64,000 bases of DNA from Candidatus Dadabacteria bacterium (GCA_963805855.1 CAWDVW010000007.1:160001-224000), one strand, 5' to 3'; shown: positions 1 to 10,761, numbered from the stretch's first letter. Made by a program: numbers and translations. The notes: generated by a model from the sequence alone, not told the origin.

Positions 1-274
1 GCGTATTCTCCTCGTAATTGTAGATGTTAGATATTTCGGGGACAAAATTTTTACAGTTTCATGAATAGGTTTGTTTTTGTTAACCCTTTTCAGGATTAAA
101 AAAGGACTTAAACGGCCTTTCAAAAATTGTATTAAGAGGCTTAATGTCATAGGAAGTCATATGGACAAAATACATATTAAAGATTCTCTCCTCGAAATAT
201 GTGGCTTTTACGGCACTGACTTCTTGGACTTTTTTGAATTAGGGATACCTGCATCCAAAGGGAGTTTCAATATA

Positions 275-943
275 TTATGTTTCGAGCTCTTTTGATGCTA
301 TCTCGTGTATCATGTTTAATTGCTTTTCTTTTTCGGTTAATTGTTCATCTAGTTCATATATTTCTTTGCACTTCGTATCAATTGTTTCTTCATTGAATCG
401 TTGTCTATTTGTAACGTCTTCAATTATCGAGGGGACTCGTTTCTTATTAAAGGCATAAATGGTTTCAAGCTTTCCTTTTATTCTTTTTGTTATTTTATCG
501 TCATGGAGGTTGAATCTTGTGAGAACTCTGCCCAGCCATTGTGAAGGCTGTAGCTTATCAATTTTGGGCAAGATTTCTTTAACCTTTTCAAGTATTGAAG
601 AGGCAGAGATTCTAAAGTCTGAATTTGTTTCGTCGAGAAAATCAGTTTTTATATTCCCTTCACAGAGATTTTTTAACACTTCGAAGAGCGCGAATTCCCA
701 TTCACCCAGTTCCATTTCGTGCAGACCACTTTGTGATGAAGTTCTAATTCCGTACCTCGTCTGTGTATGGTACCGTGAATATATGATCTCTCCAAGTTCC
801 TCGAAAGCCTTTCTCTTCTTTTGTTCAATGCTGCTGATTTGCCCCTTAACTTTTTGGGTCTCAATCAACTCTTTTGACTTTACACCGACCGTGGTAATGC
901 TTCTATCTAAGCCTTGCTTTAACTTATCCAAAAAATCAGCCAT
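275..943 (-). CDS. Hypothetical coiled-coil protein with a possible internal winged-helix-like insertion
   Basis: 222-aa ORF preceded by AGAGGAGG RBS; amphipathic helical N- and C-termini flank a ~120-aa globular segment. Confidence 0.7.
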   Translation of the reverse strand: MADFLDKLKQGLDRSITTVGVKSKELIETQKVKGQISSIEQKKRKAFEELGEIIYSRYHTQTRYGIRTSSQSGLHEMELGEWEFALFEVLKNLCEGNIKTDFLDETNSDFRISASSILEKVKEILPKIDKLQPSQWLGRVLTRFNLHDDKITKRIKGKLETIYAFNKKRVPSIIEDVTNRQRFNEETIDTKCKEIYELDEQLTEKEKQLNMIHEIASKELET

Positions 944-1036
944 GCTGCTTTCCTCCTCTTATAAATATACAGATATAATGAGTAAATTGAAAAACCTACT
1001 GGTTCAACTTTAAGCTTTGATGACCGATCATTTAAA

Positions 1037-4000
1037 TTGAAGGTGTTCAAGCAAATGAGAATCGTTCAAACAGAGAGCGGTGAAAGTTTTGAGGGCGTTG
1101 TTGAAAAAGAGAATATAAACCTAGATGATCAGACCACATATTTTTTACTTCCGGATATACCCGCTATAGTTCAGGCGGAGAACCTTTTTCTTAAAAGAAA
1201 TGGTCTTTGGGGAGATAGACTGCTCACTTTTGGGAAATTGTCATTTATTTCTAACTTGAATTCTACTGAACGTCGCAATGTAATCTCCAGGATGGGAAGG
1301 CTCTTTATCATGGAGGAGATTGTAGATGAGATGAATGCAGGATTCTCTTATTTTAAAGACAAGTTTCTTGTAAAGGGGTTTTCCGAATCTCTGTTAAAAA
1401 TTATCGCGGAGTTAAAGCATGCGAAGATTACTCCGCAGGATTTGGCGGATATTAGCGAAAAGGAGGCTGAAGGCGATCTAAAGGACAAGCTAAAGGACCT
1501 GGCGCTAATTTTTAAGAGTTATCAAGGCGGACTGGAACGGGAAATTTTTATAGATGATATAGACAAACTAAAGCTTCTTTCAGAATCCACTTTGAAGGGC
1601 AGATTGTCGCTTATTCTTCCGGGTGCGAAGAAAATCGTTGTTTTCGGGTTTTATGATTTCACTCCATCTCAGCTAGAGGTTTTAGTAGCCATAGACAAGG
1701 CTGGATTTGATCTAGCTATATATATTCCCTCTCTGGATGAGGTGCCGGAATTCAAATCGGCAGTGACCGGTAAAATCGAGAATTGGTTTGGCAGAATTGA
1801 AATTGAAAGAATGGTTAAGACAAACCGGAACGGATGTGAAACAGAAATTCATTCTTTTCCGTCACTTCGAGATGAGTTGGAATTTTGTGCAACCGAGATT
1901 AAGGGCTTACTTCTCAGTGGAGCATATCGACCCGATGAAATAGGGATAGTATCAAGAACGATGGTAAATAAGGAGAGCCTGTACGCTGGCGAATTAGATA
2001 GACTAGATATTCCCTATTCTATTTCGACTGCAGAGAGATTGGGTGCGTCGGGACTGGGTCAGTTTCTCCTGACGCTTCTTCGTGTGAAATCCTCCGGCTT
2101 TGAGAAAAAACATTTTTTGAACCTGCTCAGAAATCCCTTTTTAGAGGCTTATTTTAAGCATGAACAGATTTATGACTTCGTGTGTCAGATTGATTTCAAA
2201 TCAAGCAGGACAAAAACATTAAGAGGGGTAAAAGCGTGGGATGAGCTGTTAAGAGATTCCTTTGAATATGACAATTTTGGGATTGTGGAAAGAGTTATAG
2301 AGTTAATATCTATAATTGATGGCAAGCTTAATTCCCTAAATGTTGGAGTATTGACAGAGGATGTAGCAAATCTAATGGACGAGCTTCTTGTTTATGAATC
2401 GGTAAGGGAATCTTCCAGTAATACAGATGATCATAATAACTGGGCACGTTTTCATAGTTTTATTAAGGAGCTCCGCTATCTTTCAAAATTTAGATTTAAG
2501 GGCATGAAGGTCGGGGGGTTAAGCGAATTCATAGATCTTTTGCTGGAGCTTTGGATTGAGGAGAAATTTTCACATTCTAGTGCCGAAAGTGCAGAAAGAG
2601 TGCAAATACTGGATGCATTAAAAACAAGAGGGACTACATTTCGGGTGTTATTTGTTTTAGGTGTTGCAGAAAAGAGTTTCCCGTTGCCGTTTATCAGGGA
2701 CCCAATTTTAAAAAATGACGAAAGGGCATATATCAATGATTACATGGGGAGTTGTTCTCTTTATGAGGAGTTCTATCACTATGAATCAGAAGATTTGTTA
2801 TTCAATTTGATCAGATCATCGGCTGAGAAAAAGCTTTATATCTCTTATTCCTACAGTGATGAAAAGGATCGATCGAACCTTCCTTCTTATCTGGTGTATG
2901 GGCTTGAGACGAAACTGGGGACCAAGGCCGAAAAGCATTTCCTCGAAGATCGATTCAAATCGCACAAGAATGTCTATACTAAATCTAATTTAGCTGAACA
3001 TCTTTTTTACCTATATAGCAAGCAGAATTTTGAGCTCCAGAACTACCTTGAATATTTACCTGAAAGCATAAAATACGTTTTGAGAGGCATAAACGCCGAA
3101 ACTAGGAGGCTGGAGATCAATGGTGTTTATTCAGAATTTGAGGGGAAGATTGACAATGCGGAACTGCTTCCTGAATTAAATGAATTTTCCCCGACAAAAC
3201 TGGAAACGTATGGCCAATGTCCATTCAGATTTTTTGCCAGCCATATTCTTAATTTAAAAAAGGCAGATGAAATCGAAGATGATGTCAACGCTTTAGACTT
3301 AGGCCTTTTTTATCATAGGATCTTAAGGGAATTTTTTCTTGCGTTAAGTAAAGAAAATGAGGGCAGGGTCGACGTAAGGGAAAAAAGCTATGAAGAGATT
3401 AGTGAATCTTTAAAGGCGCTTTTAAAAGAGAGGGATTTTAATGAGGAGTTTAGTTGGCTTTCTGAAGGTAAAAGGGCGCTAACTATAAAAAGAATAACCG
3501 AACAGGTTTTGCCTCAATTTATTCGGCATGAACTGATCCGTATAGGAGAATGGAACGAGTTAGGTTTTTTTCCAGCGAGGTTCGAAAAAGGAATAGATTT
3601 CGAAATAGACGATATAAAATTATCAGGGATAGTAGACAGAATTGATGTAGGAAATCGGGGATTGCTTATTATAGACTACAAATTGAGACCGTCATCGGTG
3701 AGAAAATTTTTTGATTTTCGAAACCTCCAGCTTCCACTTTATCTGTATGCATTCAGCAAACTCGGGGAAAAACCGGTTGGAGGCTTTTTCAGATTTCTGG
3801 AAAGGCCGGATAGTGAGATAGGATTTCAAGAGAATGGAAAAAAGAGTGTGGAAGATCAAATATCCTATGCTCAAAGGCAGGTTCGGATTTACGTAAGCCT
3901 GATGAGAAAGGGGTTCTTCCCTCCGGTTATCGACGAAAAGGGGTTGGGCTTTGAGAAAATGGAGGTCGAATTGAGAAAGGACGTTAGGGGTCCATGCGGG

Positions 4001-4246
4001 TGGTGTGAGTACTCAGACCTCTGCAGAGCGCCGGGGGGACCTTCAGGCGATTGTAAACTTGCAATGAATGTGCGGCAAAGTATCTGTATAAATGTTAACA
4101 AGAGTCAAGAATCGGATGCAGGATGCAGGAAACACGATACAAGTTGCAGTCAAACTGCGATAGATATCATGCGTCATGCATCTTGCATCCTGGATCGTGT
4201 ATCGGGTACGCGAATCTCTTTGCTATTTATAATTACACTAAGATGA
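1037..4246 (+). CDS. addB: AddB/RexB-like PD-(D/E)XK nuclease subunit with Fe-S staple; true stop probably at 4056
   Basis: FSPTKLETYGQCPFRFF, GIVDRID...IIDYK nuclease motif and PCGWCEYSDLCR cysteine cluster; directly upstream of an AddA-like helicase; no Walker A; ATG at 1055 is a plausible start. Confidence 0.85.
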   Translation: MKVFKQMRIVQTESGESFEGVVEKENINLDDQTTYFLLPDIPAIVQAENLFLKRNGLWGDRLLTFGKLSFISNLNSTERRNVISRMGRLFIMEEIVDEMNAGFSYFKDKFLVKGFSESLLKIIAELKHAKITPQDLADISEKEAEGDLKDKLKDLALIFKSYQGGLEREIFIDDIDKLKLLSESTLKGRLSLILPGAKKIVVFGFYDFTPSQLEVLVAIDKAGFDLAIYIPSLDEVPEFKSAVTGKIENWFGRIEIERMVKTNRNGCETEIHSFPSLRDELEFCATEIKGLLLSGAYRPDEIGIVSRTMVNKESLYAGELDRLDIPYSISTAERLGASGLGQFLLTLLRVKSSGFEKKHFLNLLRNPFLEAYFKHEQIYDFVCQIDFKSSRTKTLRGVKAWDELLRDSFEYDNFGIVERVIELISIIDGKLNSLNVGVLTEDVANLMDELLVYESVRESSSNTDDHNNWARFHSFIKELRYLSKFRFKGMKVGGLSEFIDLLLELWIEEKFSHSSAESAERVQILDALKTRGTTFRVLFVLGVAEKSFPLPFIRDPILKNDERAYINDYMGSCSLYEEFYHYESEDLLFNLIRSSAEKKLYISYSYSDEKDRSNLPSYLVYGLETKLGTKAEKHFLEDRFKSHKNVYTKSNLAEHLFYLYSKQNFELQNYLEYLPESIKYVLRGINAETRRLEINGVYSEFEGKIDNAELLPELNEFSPTKLETYGQCPFRFFASHILNLKKADEIEDDVNALDLGLFYHRILREFFLALSKENEGRVDVREKSYEEISESLKALLKERDFNEEFSWLSEGKRALTIKRITEQVLPQFIRHELIRIGEWNELGFFPARFEKGIDFEIDDIKLSGIVDRIDVGNRGLLIIDYKLRPSSVRKFFDFRNLQLPLYLYAFSKLGEKPVGGFFRFLERPDSEIGFQENGKKSVEDQISYAQRQVRIYVSLMRKGFFPPVIDEKGLGFEKMEVELRKDVRGPCGWCEYSDLCRAPGGPSGDCKLAMNVRQSICINVNKSQESDAGCRKHDTSCSQTAIDIMRHASCILDRVSGTRISLLFIITLR
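4115..4203. repeat. Inverted pair of imperfect heptamer tandem arrays
   Basis: gatgcag-gatgcag-gaaacac-gatacaa (4115-4142) and atgcatc-ttgcatc-ctggatc-gtgtatc (4176-4203), with inner hairpin ttgcagt/actgcga. Confidence 0.7.
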
Positions 4247-4280
4247 TTATACGTGACTAGAAGACCAAAGGGGAAAAGAG

Positions 4281-7200
4281 ATGAAAAGCAGAATCGAAGA
4301 GTTTATGAATTTGAACGATGAGCAGAGGGTGGCCCTAGACCTTAGCAGGGACATTGTTGTTGAAGCCGGAGCGGGCTCAGGAAAGACCAGAGCCCTTGTT
4401 GCTAGGTACCTTAAAATTCTTGAAGAGGGTAGGGCAAAAGTCGATGGAATTGTTGCTATCACTTTTACGGAAAATGCGGCATCGGAGATGAGGGAGAGAA
4501 TAAGAGACATAATTAATTCATATATTGAAAAATATGGTGAGACCAACAACATAAACGTGGAAGCCATAAAAAGACTTCCAAATGCACCCATAAGTACTAT
4601 TCATGGTTTCGCCGCAAGGATTCTAAAGGAAAATCCATTTGAGTCTCTGCTGCCACCCAGCTTTTCAATCATAGAAGGTATTGAACGGAGGTTGTTCATC
4701 GAAGAGGCTATTGATGAATTTATCATCAAGCTCTGGGAGTCTCGGGATGAACTTGTGTCTTGGGTACTGGCAGAGGAGGGCTATGACCGCAACAGGGTCA
4801 GGGAAAGGCTTTTTTCAATCATTTCTTTGTCTGGTAGGCTCCATATTGATCTTGAGCATCAATGTCAAGTCTTTTCAAAGGATAGAGAAGCTAGTCTTGA
4901 TGGCAGTCGTTTGGTAACTACCTTAATAGAAAGCGTGAAAACTGACTTGCCAGATTCATCCAACGGCTACGTGCAAAGTCGAATAGAATCAGTAAGGACT
5001 AATTCATCTTATCTCTTGAATCGGAAAAGCAACGCTGACAGGTCTACGCTTCTTTCTCATATTAAGAATAAGTTGGATATAAACAAAGGGATCTTAGGAC
5101 TTAAGGGTGCGAGTGGGATTGAAAAGGCAGTTGCCGCTTCCTTATTGGAAATGGTCAACAATATCTTGGATCTATATGATTCCGAATTGACTCGGAATTA
5201 TTTGAAATTGGCTTCACGAACATACTCATTTGTGACTAGTAAAAAAGCAAAGGCTTCTTACCTCGAATATGAGGATTTACTGAAAGTCTGTCGAAAATCA
5301 TTACTTAATAATCATAGCCTCCTGCGCCGCTACCGCCGTAAATTCAAGTTTATTATGGTGGATGAATTTCAGGACACGGATCCTACTCAGTTTGAGATCA
5401 TTAAACTTCTCTCCCAGGATTGCGGTGCCAATACGTTTATTGTAGGAGATCCCAAACAATCGATTTTTAGGTTCAGAGGAGGGGACCTGGGGGTTTTCAC
5501 CAATATAAAGAAAGATGCGGGCAGGATAGATAAATTCTTAAAAAATTACCGGTCTCGCCAATCTCTAATTGAATTCTACAACAGATTCTTCGAGAGGCTC
5601 TTTCATGAGGGCTATGAACATATGGAGGCTACGGTTGAAGCAAATAACGGCGAAAGAGTCATAGAGTTTATATTTAGTTTTGATGCTGACGCCTCGGTCT
5701 GGAGGAAGAAGGAGGCATCCAGTGTAATGAAAAGGATAATACAGTTACACGATCATGGCTATGACTACAAAGATATTTCAGTTCTTTGTCGATCGACAAG
5801 CAATATTTACTTGTTGGAAAATGAACTCCGCAAACACAATGTTCCCTACTACTCGTCCAGCGGCAGTGGATTCTTTGGTCGGCAAGAAATACGCGATGTT
5901 GCTGTCTTCATCAGGTATCTTCTAAACCCCAGCGATACGATTTCTGAGGCTTCTGTGCTGAGATCTCCCTTCCTTGGGGCCTCAGATGGTGAGTTGCTGG
6001 CGTACTATACAAATCGAAAGTCTGTTGAATATGTAAATGAGTATCTTTTGTTCTTATCAGAGCTGAGACAAGAAGCCCTATCTTTCACTCCGTCGGCTAT
6101 GCTGTTGTACATATTGGAAAAAACCTCCTATGCCGCTGCGTTACTGGCTCTCCCGGAAGGCTTAACGAGATATGCAAATATAAAAAAGCTGATGAACATT
6201 TTTGGCAGGTTAGAGGCGCTCGGCCATGGAATAGTTGAAATACTGGAATACATAGATAAGAGCATTTCAGAGGATAGCGAGCCCTTAGCACAGACAGAAC
6301 TGGAGGAGGAAGACTCGGTTAAGATCTTAACAGTTCACAAAGCAAAAGGGTTAGAATTCCCTATCGTGATTCTCATGGATTTGAACCATGGGCCAGGCGG
6401 CGGGAATGAAAGTGTTATTGCAAGGAGAGACAGTGGTTTCCTGGTTCGATATGAGGGCAGCTATTCTCAACTTTGGGAGACTATCAATGAACTTGAGCGC
6501 AGCGATAACCTGGAAGAAGAGAAGCGATCACTCTATGTCGCTAAGACAAGGGCAATGGATCTGCTCATTATTTCATTTGGTGGACAAATTAAAAAAGGCG
6601 GGAAAATTAAAATTAATGAGTCGTCGTTTGCAGGATTGTTCAATACCGTTTTTCAGATAGATTCGAATATAGATGATAAAAGCTTATGTACGCTGGGGTT
6701 GAATATACCGATATGGAAAACTGAGGATTCCCCTCCGTTAGTAGAAGAAAAAAGGATTAGCGGAGATGTTGAATTAGACACTTTCATTGAGAGATTTCCC
6801 GACGTCGATCGTGGTGGATCCTTGTCAGACGATGCAAAGGACGAAAGGATCATACAAAAGCTTGGAGGAAAACCTTCGCATTTGGAGATAGCGACGCTGA
6901 TGCACAGGTTTCTTCAGATATGGGACTTTAGTGGCGAAAGCATAAGAAATACAGCGAGCTATGTTCTAAATGAAAGTTACATTGTTAGCAATTCGGTCAT
7001 GAATAAACTAATTCAATTGGGCGAAGTCTTCTTAAGATCGGAGCTACTCGAACATATACGAAGGGCAGACTCGATTGAAAGGGAGGTTCCTTTTTATTTT
7101 GAAATTGCGGGTAAACCCGAAAGGAGGAAAATTGATCTATTGATAAGACAGAACAATAATATAAGGCTTTTTGATTACAAGTATACCGATCCGAAAAACA

Positions 7201-7334
7201 TCAAACCAAACGATATGGAGAAGTACAGGGGTCAGCTGGATCTCTACGGTAAAGCGATTGAAAAAAGGTTTGGAACGGCGCCAAGAGAGAAGTATCTGGT
7301 GTTTTTGCCAGAGATAGAGCTTATGAGCGTGTGA
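4281..7334 (+). CDS. addA: AddA/RexA-like UvrD helicase-nuclease
   Basis: AGAGSGKT Walker A, ITFTENAA, MVDEFQD, VGDPKQSIFRFRG, TVHKAKGLEF, YVAKTRA and C-terminal IDLL...DYK nuclease motif. Confidence 0.92.
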   Translation: MKSRIEEFMNLNDEQRVALDLSRDIVVEAGAGSGKTRALVARYLKILEEGRAKVDGIVAITFTENAASEMRERIRDIINSYIEKYGETNNINVEAIKRLPNAPISTIHGFAARILKENPFESLLPPSFSIIEGIERRLFIEEAIDEFIIKLWESRDELVSWVLAEEGYDRNRVRERLFSIISLSGRLHIDLEHQCQVFSKDREASLDGSRLVTTLIESVKTDLPDSSNGYVQSRIESVRTNSSYLLNRKSNADRSTLLSHIKNKLDINKGILGLKGASGIEKAVAASLLEMVNNILDLYDSELTRNYLKLASRTYSFVTSKKAKASYLEYEDLLKVCRKSLLNNHSLLRRYRRKFKFIMVDEFQDTDPTQFEIIKLLSQDCGANTFIVGDPKQSIFRFRGGDLGVFTNIKKDAGRIDKFLKNYRSRQSLIEFYNRFFERLFHEGYEHMEATVEANNGERVIEFIFSFDADASVWRKKEASSVMKRIIQLHDHGYDYKDISVLCRSTSNIYLLENELRKHNVPYYSSSGSGFFGRQEIRDVAVFIRYLLNPSDTISEASVLRSPFLGASDGELLAYYTNRKSVEYVNEYLLFLSELRQEALSFTPSAMLLYILEKTSYAAALLALPEGLTRYANIKKLMNIFGRLEALGHGIVEILEYIDKSISEDSEPLAQTELEEEDSVKILTVHKAKGLEFPIVILMDLNHGPGGGNESVIARRDSGFLVRYEGSYSQLWETINELERSDNLEEEKRSLYVAKTRAMDLLIISFGGQIKKGGKIKINESSFAGLFNTVFQIDSNIDDKSLCTLGLNIPIWKTEDSPPLVEEKRISGDVELDTFIERFPDVDRGGSLSDDAKDERIIQKLGGKPSHLEIATLMHRFLQIWDFSGESIRNTASYVLNESYIVSNSVMNKLIQLGEVFLRSELLEHIRRADSIEREVPFYFEIAGKPERRKIDLLIRQNNNIRLFDYKYTDPKNIKPNDMEKYRGQLDLYGKAIEKRFGTAPREKYLVFLPEIELMSV

Positions 7335-7351
7335 TAGACTATAATCAAACG

Positions 7352-7572
7352 CCGTCATGCCCGAGGACCCCTGCCGGGAACCTATCGGGACAGGGGTAAA
7401 GGGCTACACATTAAGAATGTAGGGGTCATCCCCCGGACGAGCCTGTACATTTGGGGCTTACGTGGGCATCAACCCTTACGATTAAGCCCAAGACCCATGA
7501 AAAAGCGATTTCTCACACTCGTTTCAACTGAGGGAGAATCGGATTCCCAGTAAAAGTATTTATGAATGACAC
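7352..7572. repeat. Cluster of degenerate palindromic (REP-like) sequences
   Basis: gtcatgcccg..., nested cccctgccggga/tcgggacagggg hairpin, gtagggg...cccttac, ggattccc...gaatgac. Confidence 0.45.
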
Positions 7573-7630
7573 AGTTGTATGGATTTCCGCTTTATCTTTG
7601 AGGAAGTATCTCGAAGTTATAAATAAATCC

Positions 7631-7660
7631 TTGACAACATTTTTCTTCCTGTGCCATAAT
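7631..7660 (+). promoter_or_regulatory. sigma70-type promoter upstream of the FMN reductase gene
   Basis: TTGACA-18 nt-CATAAT with extended -10 TG. Confidence 0.55.
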
Positions 7661-7806
7661 GGCATTTGACGGGGCTCCAACATTATAGAAACAGTCCGAT
7701 AACTTGATGCTGTGTTGGGTTCATGACTCTTTGATTGCTTAAATTTAGAAACTTGTTTCGATTAAGATTACTTGATCAGTAATGAAAAAGAACAGGAGGA
7801 CCAATT

Positions 7807-8376
7807 ATGGGTTCAGAAAGACCATTATTTATACCAGTGATTCTTGGAACTCCCAGGCAGGGGCGAATGAGTGAGAATGCGGCGAAGTTTATTCATGGCG
7901 AGGTGTCAAAGTGTGAAGGTGTTGAGACTGAGCTAATCGATGTCAGGGATGTTCCGCTTTCTTTAAACGATGCCGGAGAACAGATAAAGGATCCACATTT
8001 TTCAGAAACAGTCTCGAGGGCAGATGCTCTGATCCTTGTGGCCCCTGAATATAATCACGGTTATCCTGGCCCGATGAAGCATTTGCTGGATACCAATCTC
8101 AAGGAGTATATACATAAGGCCGTGGGAATCTGTGGGGTTTCGGCTGGTCCGTTTGGAGGCTCAAGGGTCATTGAAAACCTTCTACCAGTGATGAGAGAAT
8201 TGGGACTCGTTACCATTTTTTGGGATGTTAACTTCTCTCAAGTTCAAAATGTTTTCGACAGCAATGGGAAATTGCTAGATCAGGCCTTTGTAAGACGCGC
8301 AGAAAAATTTCTAAAGGAACTTATATGGATGGCCAAGGTCCTGAGATATGGTCGGGAGAACATATCCATTGATTGA
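7807..8376 (+). CDS. NADPH-dependent FMN reductase (flavodoxin-like fold)
   Basis: ILGTPRQGRMS, APEYNHGYPGPMKHLLD, GVSAGPFGG; AGGAGG RBS. Confidence 0.9.
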   Translation: MGSERPLFIPVILGTPRQGRMSENAAKFIHGEVSKCEGVETELIDVRDVPLSLNDAGEQIKDPHFSETVSRADALILVAPEYNHGYPGPMKHLLDTNLKEYIHKAVGICGVSAGPFGGSRVIENLLPVMRELGLVTIFWDVNFSQVQNVFDSNGKLLDQAFVRRAEKFLKELIWMAKVLRYGRENISID

Positions 8377-8449
8377 AAGCAGGGATTAAAAAATTAATGA
8401 AATGATAATCAAAAACAAATAAATTACATAAACCAAACGAGGAGGATAT

Positions 8450-8644
8450 ATGTCTGAATACATCAAGAGGCAATGTGATAAATGCGGCGTGGATATGAAC
8501 CATAATGCTGAGAAGATCGATTACACCGGCTGCCTGGATGATCCTGATTCTATGGACCTTGATCTTGGTGGCATACTTGAGGAGTTTTACACCTGTCCAG
8601 AGTGTGGAAAAACAGATATGTTTAAGGCACTGCCGGGTCAATAA
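8450..8644 (+). CDS. Small zinc-ribbon-type protein
   Basis: 64 aa with CDKC...CPECG pairs; GAGGAGG RBS. Confidence 0.75.
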   Translation: MSEYIKRQCDKCGVDMNHNAEKIDYTGCLDDPDSMDLDLGGILEEFYTCPECGKTDMFKALPGQ

Positions 8645-8757
8645 TAATCGAAACTAATTTACGTCGCAATGTGTTTAAAAAATATTGGGTTTCTCACGGA
8701 GTCGTGCATTGAAGTTCCTTCGTGATAGGATGTGGAAAATCTGGAGGTGATTAACAA

Positions 8758-10095
8758 ATGTCTCTGAAAAAGAATGATCTAGCTACCCTGAACGAGCAGC
8801 TAAAACATCATATGGGAATCATAATGAAATGCACCTTGCCATCGGCTAAATATGGCAAATTGCTTCTAGCGTCTCCACCTGATTCGAGATACCCGTACAT
8901 CTATCCAAGGGATACGAGTTGTGCGGTTCAATTGTTCAGGCGTCTGGCTGGCTCTCACAATGGTTACGACGTAGCTGATCAGTCGTTTGAGATCATCAAG
9001 TCGATGGCAACTTTCATGAAGGATTGCCTATCAACCTATGGGTGCTGGGGCCAGCGTTACAGCATAGAGGGAGATGACAAGAGTATATATAGACAAGAGG
9101 ACAACGTTGCGCACGGAATATCAATCATTTGCAATTATTTGTTGACCGCCAACTACTTAAAAAAAGACATCGAGAATCTGGAAGATTATCTACAATGTGT
9201 GAATAGTGCACTGGATTATAGCATGAAAAATTCGTACACAAAGGAATTAAACCTATTCTATTCAACTACCTCAATTCATGAGTCTTCCATGGAAGAGGGG
9301 TATACCTGCTGGGTTAACTTTTCCTATCTCTATGCCTTTTCGCTGGCCTGTGAAGTGGCCTCACTCTTAGATGAAAAGCACATCATATCGAGGGATCACC
9401 TGAGTTTCAGAAAACAGTTTCTGTATTCTGTCAGTGAACTCTTCATGTCGGGGCACAGATATGTGAGGCGCATAGAACCCCAGGGGAATATGGATATGCG
9501 TCCAGATTTCACTCTCCTGAGTCCATTTTATTATGGTTTTCTGCACTATAAGCCCGAGATGGAAAACAGTATCCAGTACATCGAAAAGCAGCTCTGGGAT
9601 CCGGAACTCGGAATGATCATGAGATACCTGCCCTTCTATAGGGATTTTGCAACTCATATCCATGCGGGGAATGGCCCCTGGACGCAGTACACTGGCATTC
9701 TGGCACAATATCACTATTGGAAGGATGATATCGAGCGGGGAGACGAGTTGCTTGGTATGATTGATAGATTCAAGGATGAGAAAGGGGACATTCCTGAGCA
9801 TCTGTCCACGGTTCAGAGGTATGAAGAGTTTATGGAGAAAGAATGGAAGACCGGGACAGATTTTAATAAGGAATTCTACAAGCCGATTCTGCTTGAGGAT
9901 GTTGACTTCAATAAGATCCTGGAGGAGGCTAACAATATGTCGAGATCATACGAAGAGACAGGTAAAAGGTGCACATTCAGAGACGAATCCAGCAGCGAGG
10001 GTGGTTACATTCAATTCTCGAAACCGCTTATGTGGTCGCACGTGGAGTATGCCCGCGCACTTCTAGTCAGGGCTGGTGATTGGTGGAACTTGTAG
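8758..10095 (+). CDS. Glycoside hydrolase family 15-like protein (glucoamylase/trehalase, six-hairpin)
   Basis: YPYIYPRD, GQRY, QED, GNGPW, IPEH and PLMWSH motifs; GGAGGTG RBS. Confidence 0.8.
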   Translation: MSLKKNDLATLNEQLKHHMGIIMKCTLPSAKYGKLLLASPPDSRYPYIYPRDTSCAVQLFRRLAGSHNGYDVADQSFEIIKSMATFMKDCLSTYGCWGQRYSIEGDDKSIYRQEDNVAHGISIICNYLLTANYLKKDIENLEDYLQCVNSALDYSMKNSYTKELNLFYSTTSIHESSMEEGYTCWVNFSYLYAFSLACEVASLLDEKHIISRDHLSFRKQFLYSVSELFMSGHRYVRRIEPQGNMDMRPDFTLLSPFYYGFLHYKPEMENSIQYIEKQLWDPELGMIMRYLPFYRDFATHIHAGNGPWTQYTGILAQYHYWKDDIERGDELLGMIDRFKDEKGDIPEHLSTVQRYEEFMEKEWKTGTDFNKEFYKPILLEDVDFNKILEEANNMSRSYEETGKRCTFRDESSSEGGYIQFSKPLMWSHVEYARALLVRAGDWWNL

Positions 10096-10611
10096 GGATA
10101 TCAGTAGGATATTAACCACACTTAATGTGACATATTAAGTAATTGATGTCCGGTTGACTTTATTAAATAATCTTATTGTCTTTCAAGATTTAGATTGGTT
10201 TATGTAGATTCGGATGTAAGATCCGACGTGAGGTGAAATTTAGACTAGAGCGGGCTTTTCCTGTTGGATGCAACGTTAATTAGGTATTAAATACAAAGAT
10301 TACTAAGGAGGGATTACAGGATTAACTATCTTTTTGTCATTGGCGGAATCTATCCAGAGCCTGTGTCACTTTGCTTCATGAGTTGCTTTAAAATATTTTG
10401 TACAAATTCTGATTGGTCTCCAAACGAGTTGTTTAAAGAAAATCAATTGGCAAGTGTTAATTCTAGATTTTCGAATTACATAAATATATTTATTTAATGT
10501 GATTAGTTAATAATGCAAGAGGATTGTGCTTCCTCTCTGTTTAAATAATTCAAAATTGTGTAATCTTTAAAAACAAATTTCCTGTAGTTTGCTACAGGCT
10601 GGTTATACACT

Positions 10612-10692
10612 GTCATTGCGAACGAAGTGAAGCAATCCCATTTTTGGGTTTGCTTCATCCCCTTCGAATTAACCCTGGGTTACTCGCAATGA
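10612..10692. repeat. Palindromic repeat element (GTCATTGCGA...TCGCAATGA type)
   Basis: Terminal inverted repeats tcattgcga/tcgcaatga with inner tgaagcaa/ttgcttca stem; degenerate relative near 26722. Confidence 0.65.
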
Positions 10693-10761
10693 AAATTAAT
10701 ATGGGGCTATAATAAGACCACCCTGTCGCTTTATAAAGGGTTGATGATTCGGTGATCATAA

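Noticed and set aside
459-1013. 184-aa plus-strand ORF and the many other short antisense or nested ORFs in the track
   Set aside because: They are shadows of well-supported genes on the other strand or frame, with no motifs or RBS.
10096-10761. c-di-AMP riboswitch or sigma54 promoter upstream of the sensor-DAC locus
   Set aside because: No ydaO-type conserved motifs recognised; ttggcaagtg at ~10447 lacks the GC at -12.
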